Source of the DNA: a bacterium
GTDB lineage: Bacteria; Electryoneota; JAOADG01
DNA length: 64,000 nucleotides
Direction: 5' to 3'
Assembly (NCBI GenBank): GCA_963681965.1
Contig: OY820579.1
Span: forward strand, 2,976,001 to 3,040,000
Shown here: positions 49,058-58,219 of the stretch, piece after piece
Numbering within the stretch: position 1 is the first letter of the stretch
How the letters are laid out: every line of letters starts with the position of its first letter
The notes under the pieces: model-generated
Told to the model about the DNA's origin: nothing
Databases searched by the model: none
What the model saw: only the letters and a program-made list of their open reading frames with translations
Made by a program: the position numbers and the translations under genes

Positions 49058-49185
49058 GTAGGGGGGGCTCGCGAGCCCTCCCACCATTTATTTCGGAGGT
49101 CAGGCTTCAGCCTGACTCTTTTTATTTATTATTTTTTCAGTAGGGGCGTATGGCATACGCCCTTCGGTTCGTATGCGAACGAACC
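49058..49185 (+). repeat. Cluster of REP-like short palindromes
   Basis: GTAG-GGGGGGCTCGCGAGCCCTCCC (49058-49082), GGAG-GTCAGGCTTCAGCCTGAC (49095-49116), GTAG-GGGCGTATGGCATACGCCC (49140-49162) and GGTTCGT..ACGAACC (49166-49185). Confidence 0.7.
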
Positions 49186-49228
49186 TTGCGTTACTTAGTC
49201 GAAGAGGCTATTCTCAAAGAACCCTTTA

Positions 49229-49441
49229 TCATTGCTTTCTCCCCCTTACCGATGATTTGAACTTCTTGTATTGTCGTTCTCGTAGTACCTTTCGTTGAAG
49301 CAAAAGACTGTCTTCGACAGTTTTGGTTTCCGCTAGTATGATCTGTTGATCGAATTGATAGAGTTCGGTGAGTTGATCGCGAATCATTTGAATGATTACC
49401 GCTTTTCGATCTGAAGTAAATCCTACGAATTCCTGATGCAT
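49229..49441 (-). CDS. Possible small hypothetical protein or gene remnant
   Basis: An open frame with helical composition fills the intergenic gap. No recognisable motif. Confidence 0.3.
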   Translation of the reverse strand: MHQEFVGFTSDRKAVIIQMIRDQLTELYQFDQQIILAETKTVEDSLLLQRKVLRERQYKKFKSSVRGRKQ

Positions 49442-49589
49442 CGGAGCATCATTAATGATAGTAGCGACGCAATTCAAAACCGGGGATATGAGAAAATATG
49501 ATTTCCAAAATTCTCATGCTGGACCATGTTTAATATTGACTGATAATTTTTATTTTATTATTTTTGAAAGGTTAATTTTCGAGGCAAAA

Positions 49590-50939
49590 ATGCGTCATTG
49601 GCTTCGGGTTTTTACGGATATCGGCGAAAATTGGTTTGATTTCTTGCATTCTATCTGTATCACGCTTAACTGGTTATATAAATTTAAATTAGTTGCGATG
49701 ATGCTTATGTTGGTTTCCGTTTCAATTTCACAACCGAATCTTCCTCGCATTGGTCAATATCAACTCCAGTTTTTATCGTCCAATGAGCGCAATCTTGCGA
49801 TTCGTGATGGACACGCATTTGTTACTGGGTGGGCTAGTGGGTTAACCGTAATCGACTTTGCAAACCGGACATCGCCTTCCTTTGTCGCTAGTATTAATAG
49901 TATGGGAATGAACACGCGTGGTATTGCGCTGACCACTCACTATGCTTTCGTCACCAATCCCGACTCAGGTGTTTATGCCATCGATATTTCGCGATACGAT
50001 TCAATGCGAGTCATTTCGTATTTGCCACTTATCGGTGCATGCCGTATGAAAAGTCTGGGTATATATGCTTACGTTGCTGCTTTCGGTCGTGATACAACAA
50101 GTTCAGGGTTGTACATTATCGATATTTCCAATCCGAATGTGCTTGTAATCAATGGTTTCGTTCAAGTACGTCAGATTAATGCATTATGTATCGATAATGG
50201 AATTGCATTTTGTGCTGCGCGTCCCGGAATCGTCACCATCGACATTACTAACCCTGCTTCACCGATCAGAATTGGATCTGCAAGGTGTCCATATCCGGAT
50301 GGTATCGCTATTCAAAATCAGCGCGCGTACGTTGCGAACGACTCAGGACTTTGTATCTTCGACGTAAGCCAACCAGAGAATCCGGTTAGAATTGGATTTT
50401 ATTACATGGATGCACCTACTTGGACAACCGATATCTCTATACAAAATCAATTCGCATTTCTACCGGTGTTCGGAGTTGGTATTCGAATGCTAAATATGAG
50501 TAATCCATCTACAGTAACTTTGCTCGCAATGAATGAAATGCCTGACCAGCGCAATCGTATACATAGTTGCGTAATCGATGAAAACTTCCTCTATACTGCA
50601 GAAGCACAGTACGTTGGTGTATTCAATTTCACTTCATTTCTTCCGGTCGAAGAATTTTCGCAGTCAACGCTTCCTGCAAGTATAACAGTCTCACCGCCAT
50701 ATCCGAATCCAGCGAATGCTGTCACAACTATTGCTTTCTCACTTCCCAGCAATTCGTTTGTCGAAGCGATGCTCTATGATGTGTCGGGGCGGATTGTACA
50801 ACAACTCGTACACGAGCGAATGATTTCTGGGACTCATCGGATACAATTGAATACCCTCAATTTCCCAAGCGGAACATATTTCTGTCGCATAAAAACTGAA
50901 GACGAAATTCTGATTAAGAAGTTAGTTGTAATGAAGTAG
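49590..50939 (+). CDS. LVIVD-repeat beta-propeller protein with T9SS-like CTD
   Basis: YAYVA...GLYIIDISNP-type repeats and CTD PYPNPAN...SGTYFCRI...KKLVVMK. GAGG RBS before the ATG at 49590. Confidence 0.85.
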   Translation: MRHWLRVFTDIGENWFDFLHSICITLNWLYKFKLVAMMLMLVSVSISQPNLPRIGQYQLQFLSSNERNLAIRDGHAFVTGWASGLTVIDFANRTSPSFVASINSMGMNTRGIALTTHYAFVTNPDSGVYAIDISRYDSMRVISYLPLIGACRMKSLGIYAYVAAFGRDTTSSGLYIIDISNPNVLVINGFVQVRQINALCIDNGIAFCAARPGIVTIDITNPASPIRIGSARCPYPDGIAIQNQRAYVANDSGLCIFDVSQPENPVRIGFYYMDAPTWTTDISIQNQFAFLPVFGVGIRMLNMSNPSTVTLLAMNEMPDQRNRIHSCVIDENFLYTAEAQYVGVFNFTSFLPVEEFSQSTLPASITVSPPYPNPANAVTTIAFSLPSNSFVEAMLYDVSGRIVQQLVHERMISGTHRIQLNTLNFPSGTYFCRIKTEDEILIKKLVVMK

Positions 50940-51127
50940 TAGCGTAAATTTACATGCTGCCATAAAGTAAATATCTATCTCTGAAATTGTTTGCGAAATC
51001 TGGCATCGGTTAATTTTAGCAAATTTGCATTATTCAGATCGTATTTTTGTGTAGTACTTAATTGTTCCTTCTTGAAAGAATTGGAAATATTGCATTCACC
51101 GATTATGTGTATTCATTAGTCGGGCGA

Positions 51128-52498
51128 TTACGCCGCAACTGTATCTTCACGAAGGGTACTGAGGTCGATTTCCAGTTGGACAATCTTCTCGTAGAGATTT
51201 TTGCGGGCAATCTTAAGCAATTCAGCGGCTTGCGATACATTCCCATCGCACTTCTGCAGCACCCGTTGAATAAATTCGCGTTCGAAATGTTTACGGGCAT
51301 CTTTCAGAGATAGCATCTCGCCAACACTCTCTACGGTTGTGCTTGTCGGTTTCAATTTATCGCCAAGATCGTCGACTGTGATCATATCGTCCGAAGCCAT
51401 CACCACGGCACGTTCAATCACATTCTCGAGTTCCCGGATGTTCCCGTTCCAACGGTACTGCTTCAGGGCTTGTAGCGCCTGTGCCGTGATGGTAATCGGC
51501 GCTTTCCCGCACTGCAAGCGAAACCGCTCGATAAAATGTTTGGCGATCGCTTCGATATCGTCGACACGTTCGCGTAATGGCGGTAATTTTATCGTAATCA
51601 CATTCAATCGATAGTAGAGGTCTTCGCGAAATCGACCCGCCTTCACCTCTTCATGCAGATCGCGCCACGAAGCTGCAATCACGCGCACATCGACCTTAAT
51701 CGTCTGTTCCCCGCCTACTCGCTCGAACGAGCGCTCCTGCAATACTCGCAATAATTTTACCTGCACCGATAGCGGAAGTTCACCGACTTCATCCAAAAAG
51801 ATCGTACCGGTATGAGCTAATTCGAATCGCCCCTTCCGCTGTTTTATCGCACCAGTGAAGGCACCCGCTTCGTGTCCGAATAACTCGGTTTCCAATAGCG
51901 ATTCCGGCAGCGAGGCACAAGAGACTTTGATATACGGTTTATTGCTACGATTCGAATAATGGCGAATCATGTTCGCCATTACCTCTTTGCCGGTACCGGT
52001 TTCACCCAAGATCAAAACAGTCGCAGGAACTTGCGCAATTTTATCGATCACCGCACGATACAGCTTGGACATCTCTTCATTGTGCGAAAAAGAGGGGAAT
52101 GGCACTGTCTTATTTTTTTCTTGTTGCGATGACCACTGCTTCGAGTATTTTTCAACCAATTCGAAAATTATTTTATAGGAGAGTGGTTTAATCATTAAAT
52201 CGACAGCTCCGCGTTTCATCGCGGTTACAGCCAATTCGATTTCCGGTCGCATCGTCGTTGCGATAACTGGTGTATTCGATCGATTGCGCGTACACCAGTC
52301 GATCAATTCCGTACCGCCGATATCCGATAGCACCAGATCGGTGATCACCAGATCGTAATGCTCGGTTTCCAATAGCTTCAATGCAGTCAAACCGTTTTTC
52401 TCAACGCGATATGTCCACCCAGCCGCTCGAAACTGCGAAACCAGTTGTTGAGCGGATTGCGTGTCTTCATCGACAATGAGTAAGTTCGGCTTCGCCAT
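51128..52498 (-). CDS. Sigma54-dependent response regulator (NtrC/AtoC family)
   Basis: Receiver domain (LLIVDED, DLVITD, KP), GETGTGKE, GAFTGA, FREDLYYRLN, W.GNIRELEN and Fis-type HTH GNVSQAAELL. Confidence 0.95.
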   Translation of the reverse strand: MAKPNLLIVDEDTQSAQQLVSQFRAAGWTYRVEKNGLTALKLLETEHYDLVITDLVLSDIGGTELIDWCTRNRSNTPVIATTMRPEIELAVTAMKRGAVDLMIKPLSYKIIFELVEKYSKQWSSQQEKNKTVPFPSFSHNEEMSKLYRAVIDKIAQVPATVLILGETGTGKEVMANMIRHYSNRSNKPYIKVSCASLPESLLETELFGHEAGAFTGAIKQRKGRFELAHTGTIFLDEVGELPLSVQVKLLRVLQERSFERVGGEQTIKVDVRVIAASWRDLHEEVKAGRFREDLYYRLNVITIKLPPLRERVDDIEAIAKHFIERFRLQCGKAPITITAQALQALKQYRWNGNIRELENVIERAVVMASDDMITVDDLGDKLKPTSTTVESVGEMLSLKDARKHFEREFIQRVLQKCDGNVSQAAELLKIARKNLYEKIVQLEIDLSTLREDTVAA

Positions 52499-54663
52499 TA
52501 CCAATTACCTATCGGTGCTTTCAGCGTGTCGGGAATAATTTTCTTCAACTCCGGTCCCGGTGTAAATCCTAACGGCTGTTTCAAGCTCTGCTGCAGGATG
52601 ATTCCCCAATGATAGTCGCGATTCGATTTCGATATCAGCCAGGTTAATTGTTCCCGCGCTTCCGTATTCCGACCGAGTTTGACCAGAATTTGATATTTAA
52701 GAATATTTGCAATGACGTTATCGATTTCGAAATCCAGAATTCGATTTATTCGCACTAATGCCGAATCGAATTTGGAATTTTTGAAATCGATTTGCGCAAT
52801 CCGGATCAGTACTTCCGTTTGCGTTGTGTCGATCTTTTCCGCCTCAACCAGCATCCGTCGCGCTTCGACCAAATCGTTCTTTTCCTGCAACAGTTGCCCT
52901 AAACCCAGAAGAACTTTCGGTCGATCGGTTTCGGAACAACTCCGCAAAAGTTTCCGATAGAGCTGCTCTTTCTCTTCCCGTTCCATCCGATTCAACGAGT
53001 CTTTCGGCGTTTTCACGATGATCGAATCAGATCCATCACTCTCTGAAAAACTAGTCGGGTCGATATCGGGTCCCGTCAAACCAATCCGGGTATACTCCTG
53101 CCGAGCCATATCCGAGAAACCCATCTGGTTATACAATCCTGCCAATTGAAAATGAGCTTCGTAAAAAAACGGTTCGATCGCTAACGCTTTGTGATAATTC
53201 TCGAGTGCTTCAAACAGTTTACCCTGCCGTTTGTTCACTTGTGCCCAGTTAAAATAATCCATCATCGGTGAGCGAAGACTGGATAAGAACGTGTTATCGT
53301 AGTTTGCGAGCAAAAAGCCCGGAACCAGACACATGATTCCCAGCATTACTTTATCGGCATTATGTTCGACAAGCTTGCGCGAGATATAATAAATTCCCGT
53401 AGCCGAAAGGAGTATTCCGATGGGAACGAGCGGAAAGCGGTATTCTGAACACGTGTAAAATAGCAGATTTCCAATGATGTAGGTAAGTGCTAAGATTATA
53501 ATTATAAGCCATTTACGCCAGAATTTATAAATCGCAAAAATACCTAATCCAGTAAACGTGAGAATAAAAGCCCACCCGAACGGGAGCATCCGAACCATGA
53601 CAGAATAGTCTTTAATGACGAAATATGTCAAATTGGTCGGTATTTCGGTCTTGTTGCTGAACCAAAGTAATTTGCGCCACTCTAATTTGAGGTAATTGAT
53701 CGGGTGGGTTACGATCCAACTTATTCCAGTTTTCAGCCAGTAGTTCGCTGCTTCATTTTGACTTAGTTCTCGACCTGTTCGTTTGGAAGCCTCAATCCGG
53801 TAATCAGCTTCTTCTCGATCCGGTTCAGCCGAAGTTAAAAATAACGGTTCATCGTAAATACCAGAGGCATTTTCGTTATTTCCAACCCAAAAAACCATCC
53901 CTCCGGAAGTCTGAGTCAATCCAAAATGACCGGAATAGCTGTAATTCCGAATGAGAAACGGGAGCATCACAATAATTGCTCCTGCGATCATTAATCCGGA
54001 TTTCTTTAATAAATCGAACCGATTCATTTGAAAAAATAGACCAAAAACCGGGTAAAGGAGCAGAAAAAGCATCGGGATCGGTCGGAATAAAATCGAGATT
54101 CCGATCATCGCACCACCGAGAACCGTTTTCCACCAAATCGTTTGTTGATCCACATCGATCAGGAAATACATTGCAGCTACTGTGAGAAAGAGAATGGGTG
54201 AGGTTGTTAAGATTGTACCGTTATAGACCGGTGTCATGTAATAACCAACCCACAACAACATCGCAATGCGAACAGCAGCCTCAGGTAGAAGCTTACGCGC
54301 CACTTTCAACATTAGTACAAGCGCGAATCCTTCGAGTAGCGTTTGGACGAACATCACCAGATATGGACTGGGAGTTACCAACCAATACAAAATGCCGACA
54401 AAGGTTGGATATCCCGGATTCATAAACCAAATGTCTTTTCCCCAGCCATGCTCGACGAATTTTAAAGCATATTGGTGATAATGAAGCGAATCAATGATCA
54501 AAGTATCTGTGATCGCGGTGCCATTGATTTGGATTAAATGAACGATTCGCGAGATCAACCAAACAATCCAAAGCAAAGCTGGTATTTTTGGGTGCGACCA
54601 TAACCGATCAATCGTGCGATAAATGGGGTCGAGAATTTCTGCAGATTTGTTCCGATTAGCCAT
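52498..54663 (-). CDS. GT-C (ArnT/PMT-like) membrane glycosyltransferase with C-terminal TPR repeats
   Basis: IDSLHYHQYA...NPGYPTF, about 11 TM segments, PFLIRNY...SGGMVFWVGNN.NASG, EYRFP and TPRs. The start is uncertain (54663-54693). Confidence 0.8.
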   Translation of the reverse strand: MANRNKSAEILDPIYRTIDRLWSHPKIPALLWIVWLISRIVHLIQINGTAITDTLIIDSLHYHQYALKFVEHGWGKDIWFMNPGYPTFVGILYWLVTPSPYLVMFVQTLLEGFALVLMLKVARKLLPEAAVRIAMLLWVGYYMTPVYNGTILTTSPILFLTVAAMYFLIDVDQQTIWWKTVLGGAMIGISILFRPIPMLFLLLYPVFGLFFQMNRFDLLKKSGLMIAGAIIVMLPFLIRNYSYSGHFGLTQTSGGMVFWVGNNENASGIYDEPLFLTSAEPDREEADYRIEASKRTGRELSQNEAANYWLKTGISWIVTHPINYLKLEWRKLLWFSNKTEIPTNLTYFVIKDYSVMVRMLPFGWAFILTFTGLGIFAIYKFWRKWLIIIILALTYIIGNLLFYTCSEYRFPLVPIGILLSATGIYYISRKLVEHNADKVMLGIMCLVPGFLLANYDNTFLSSLRSPMMDYFNWAQVNKRQGKLFEALENYHKALAIEPFFYEAHFQLAGLYNQMGFSDMARQEYTRIGLTGPDIDPTSFSESDGSDSIIVKTPKDSLNRMEREEKEQLYRKLLRSCSETDRPKVLLGLGQLLQEKNDLVEARRMLVEAEKIDTTQTEVLIRIAQIDFKNSKFDSALVRINRILDFEIDNVIANILKYQILVKLGRNTEAREQLTWLISKSNRDYHWGIILQQSLKQPLGFTPGPELKKIIPDTLKAPIGNW

Positions 54664-55089
54664 GAGGTTCATCCTTTCCAGAGTTGTCATCACATCGATT
54701 CAACAAAACATCCTATCTCACTTCGATTGTACAATAAAATAGCTGATTTAGTTCCAATTAGGAACATTTATGTGTCGGTAATGGCACCAACCGGAAATAT
54801 AACGCTTTCTCCTTACATTGCATATTGGAGTTCTACCAGTTAAAACAATGAAAAACTAATATTTACATTTTCAAGAGAATTAACAACTTCCCGAATTAAT
54901 GAGTTTTTTTGAATCAATCTCTAAAAAATGGATTTTTACGAGATTTTCGATTAGTTTAATCTATTACAGAACAGTTCGGACGAAATCGCGATTATCGACC
55001 TCGTTTTCTTTTAGGGTATCATCCACGAACACCTGAATTCTATTACTAATAAGTGACTTTTTCGATTGGATAAACGACATTAATTCGAG

Positions 55090-55118
55090 TTGCTTTCTAC
55101 AGTTAATTATTGTATGTT
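55090..55118 (+). promoter_or_regulatory. Sigma70-type promoter candidate
   Basis: TTGCTT-N17-TATGTT about 50 nt upstream of the ATG at 55168. Confidence 0.4.
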
Positions 55119-55167
55119 AGCTCACTAATTCGTTCGCGAAATGAGCGGAAACATCAGGAGTAATCTT

Positions 55168-56778
55168 ATGAATATTCGTAAACTATTTCTTTTTGCACTG
55201 GTACTTGGAACAGCCGTCATTGCTAATGCACAAGTTGTTATTAACGAGATGCTGTATGAAACTTTTTATACTTCCAATGCCGGTTGCTTCACTGAATTAA
55301 AAGGTACCGCTGGAACATCACTCGATGGTTATTGGTTGGTTGGAATCGATGGCGCCTCTGGCGCGTACGACTCAGTTGCATTAACCGGTACTATTCCTAC
55401 AAGCGGTTACTTCGTGATTGCCAAAGACAATACTGTTGCCAATGCCAATCAAATTAGTACAGTTGTCGGATGGCACCAAGCTGGTGGTTCCACCGGTGGC
55501 TCGGGTGATAACGTTGTTCTCAAGAACAATGGCACGATCATCGACGCAGTTGGTTATGGAAATTTTGTTGGTCCCGATGCTTCTGCGATCTGGGCAGGAT
55601 TTCCGACTGACAACCGCTACCACTCAGCGTATGATCCATATCCTGCGATCAAACGTACAGCACCGGCAGATTCTGTAAATCAGACTCTCAGCCGTTTTCC
55701 GGATGGCGTAAATACCCAAGACAATCGACTCGATTTTCGCATTGCATTCCCGACCCCTGGCGCTGCCAACATTTGGGATGCACCTACGTGCGTCGATCGT
55801 ACACTTGCTCAAATCCGCCAGAATCGCACCAATGGCGTTCCGGTAGACTCCGGCGCTTATGTTCGCGTAAGTGGTACCGTTTGCTTCCCCTCAGGGTTGC
55901 TTCAGACCAACAATACTGCGATTAATGTGTACATTCAGGATCAAACTGCAGGTTGCAACCTCTACGGTATTTCGACTGCATGGTTACAATTCGGCGATTC
56001 GATCACGATCCAAGGGATCGTAATTCCGTTCCATGGTCGTACCGAAATTGGCAGTGCATTTCGTCAGCCTTACTTTACGATCATTAATCACGGACCAGCT
56101 CACGTAATGCCGACTCCAGTCGACGTTACTACCGCTGAAATGGCTTCTGCCGGCGCTGAAGCATACGAGGGTATGCTCGTTCGCCTTCAGAACGTGCAAT
56201 TGGTTTCTTTGGCTTCCGGATCATCGTTTGTTTATCCTCCTACTGCATCCGCAAATAGCAAGATCAACATCAACGACGGAACTGGTCAAGCAGTTATGTT
56301 CATCAACAAGGGTAGCAACTGGACTGGCTGGACTACTTATCCGGCGATCGGATCGACGTTGACCGAAGTCTGGGGTATCTGCGATCAGTATGCTTCCACA
56401 ACGGCACCACCGTTCAGTGGCGGTTACGAATTCAGCCCGCGATTTATTTCCGATTTCAGTCCGAACTCGTCTGTATCCGAAACTCCGATTCATGCGGTTG
56501 TCAATGATTTCCGACTTGAATCGGCTTATCCGAATCCATTCAATCGGACCACTGCTATTCGCTATAACATCTCTCAGGGTGAAATTGCGGATATCGCTGT
56601 CTACGATATTTCCGGTCGGTTGGTTGCCAATCTGGCATCGAACCTGAAAGCTGGAAACAATGTCGTATTTTGGAACGGTCGGAATTTAACGGGAACTACC
56701 GTTGCCGGCGGGATGTACATTATCAAGATGAACGGTATGAAGCACACTGCTACTATGAAGGCTGTGTACTTACCGTAA
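55168..56778 (+). CDS. Secreted lamin-tail-domain + OB-fold protein with T9SS-like/FlgD CTD
   Basis: AGGAG RBS, VVINEMLYE...FTELKG...IIDAVGYG...PTPGAAN (lamin tail), VYIQDQTAG...GDSITIQG and EAYEGMLVRL (OB-fold), and AYPNPFN CTD. Confidence 0.8.
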   Translation: MNIRKLFLFALVLGTAVIANAQVVINEMLYETFYTSNAGCFTELKGTAGTSLDGYWLVGIDGASGAYDSVALTGTIPTSGYFVIAKDNTVANANQISTVVGWHQAGGSTGGSGDNVVLKNNGTIIDAVGYGNFVGPDASAIWAGFPTDNRYHSAYDPYPAIKRTAPADSVNQTLSRFPDGVNTQDNRLDFRIAFPTPGAANIWDAPTCVDRTLAQIRQNRTNGVPVDSGAYVRVSGTVCFPSGLLQTNNTAINVYIQDQTAGCNLYGISTAWLQFGDSITIQGIVIPFHGRTEIGSAFRQPYFTIINHGPAHVMPTPVDVTTAEMASAGAEAYEGMLVRLQNVQLVSLASGSSFVYPPTASANSKININDGTGQAVMFINKGSNWTGWTTYPAIGSTLTEVWGICDQYASTTAPPFSGGYEFSPRFISDFSPNSSVSETPIHAVVNDFRLESAYPNPFNRTTAIRYNISQGEIADIAVYDISGRLVANLASNLKAGNNVVFWNGRNLTGTTVAGGMYIIKMNGMKHTATMKAVYLP

Positions 56779-56863
56779 TAAAATTTGGGTCCGGTTCGAG
56801 CCAATCGGAAAGCAACCGGATGGTATGCTTGTCCCAACAGCCTCAACCGGCCCGCTAATTTTG

Positions 56864-56902
56864 AACAAAGAAGACGGAATTTCTTCCGTCTTCTTTGTTT
56901 TT
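56864..56902 (+). terminator. Intrinsic terminator
   Basis: AACAAAGAAGACGGAA-TTTC-TTCCGTCTTCTTTGTT followed by TTT. Confidence 0.85.
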
Positions 56903-57000
56903 GCCTGAACTGTAACGATGAAGTCGATGCAATCAATCAATATCGTATCATATATCGATTCAATTAAGTAAATTGACCTCTACCCAATGGATGAACTTAT

Positions 57001-58164
57001 ATGAAACGTATTAAAGAACCTTCTACGAAGCACCGACGACCATTAAAAATTGGTATCTCTTGTTACCCCACTTATGGCGGGAGTGGTGTTCTAGCAACTG
57101 AACTCGGTATGGAATTGGCGCGCCGGGGACACGAAATTCATTTCATTACATATCAGTTTCCACATAGATTAGCCCTGTTCTCGCCCAATATCCGGTATCA
57201 TGAAGTAGAAGTGATCGAGTATCCATTGTTCGAGTACTACCCCTATTCTCTATCGCTTGCAAGTAAAATGGTGGAAGTTGCCGAGACCTCTGGACTAGAT
57301 ATTCTCCATGTTCATTATGCAATTCCGCATAGTATTAGCGCCTTACTTGCAGCCGAAATCCTGAAGAACAAGCTTCCCTATATCACGACACTTCACGGCA
57401 CCGATATCACACTAGTCGGTAACGATCGGAGTTTCTTGCCGATCGTTAAACTATCCGTTGATCGATCTCCCGGAGTGACGGCAGTATCACAATTTCTTGC
57501 CGACGAAACGGTCAAAACCTTTGAAGTGAAACGTAAGATAGATGTGATCTACAACTTTGTCGACGGTACCGAATTCAAACCGTTATCCGATACCGCAAAA
57601 GCAGTTAGCAGTTTCGCGCGAAATGTTCCTTTACTTGTCCATTTATCGAATTTCCGGGCAGTAAAACGGATTGGCGATGTCGTCGATGTCTTCCACCGCG
57701 TTCGACAGAACTGCGAAGCCAAATTGCTTTTTATTGGCGATGGACCAGACCGCTCAAAAGCCGAACACATGCTAAAAGAATACGGTTTATTCGAAGATTC
57801 GATTTTTGTCGGTAAACAACTCGCTATTGCAGATTTATTAGCAATGGCAGATCTCTTCCTCCTCCCTTCCGAAACGGAATCATTTGGACTGGCAGCACTC
57901 GAGGCAATGAGTTGCGAAGTTCCGGTATTGGCGTATCGAGTAGGAGGTTTATCGGAAGTTGTAGATGATGGTGAGACGGGATTTCTGCTACCATTGGGTG
58001 ATACTGCCGGCATGGCGGAAGCGGCATGCAAGCTGTTGGAGGCACCGAAACTACGTCGCGAAATGGGTAAGAATGCGCGTAAAACAGCGTTGGAACGATT
58101 TAGCAAGAAAGTTATCGTCGATCAGTATGAAGAGTATTACTATCAGTTCATCGGTCAAGAATAA
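57001..58164 (+). CDS. bshA: N-acetyl-alpha-D-glucosaminyl L-malate synthase
   Basis: IGISCYPTYGGSGVLATELG, LHVHYAIPH, TTLHGTDITLVG, HLSNFRAVKR and ESFGLAALEAM. Confidence 0.93.
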   Translation: MKRIKEPSTKHRRPLKIGISCYPTYGGSGVLATELGMELARRGHEIHFITYQFPHRLALFSPNIRYHEVEVIEYPLFEYYPYSLSLASKMVEVAETSGLDILHVHYAIPHSISALLAAEILKNKLPYITTLHGTDITLVGNDRSFLPIVKLSVDRSPGVTAVSQFLADETVKTFEVKRKIDVIYNFVDGTEFKPLSDTAKAVSSFARNVPLLVHLSNFRAVKRIGDVVDVFHRVRQNCEAKLLFIGDGPDRSKAEHMLKEYGLFEDSIFVGKQLAIADLLAMADLFLLPSETESFGLAALEAMSCEVPVLAYRVGGLSEVVDDGETGFLLPLGDTAGMAEAACKLLEAPKLRREMGKNARKTALERFSKKVIVDQYEEYYYQFIGQE

Positions 58165-58199
58165 AAAAATAGCGGAGTGGATTAACTCCACTCCGCTAT
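58164..58199. terminator. Terminator between convergent bshA and RND genes
   Basis: ATAGCGGAGTGGA-TTAAC-TCCACTCCGCTAT preceded by an A run. Confidence 0.8.
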
Positions 58200-58219
58200 A
58201 GTGATTACGATCAGTCGTG

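Noticed and set aside
57549-58106. 185-aa antisense ORF inside bshA, and many similar nested ORFs in the track
   Set aside because: They lie fully inside well-supported genes on the opposite strand or another frame and show no independent coding signals.
57001-58164. Bacillithiol synthesis gene in a Gram-negative organism as a novelty
   Set aside because: bshA homologues are already known in Bacteroidota and Chlorobi.
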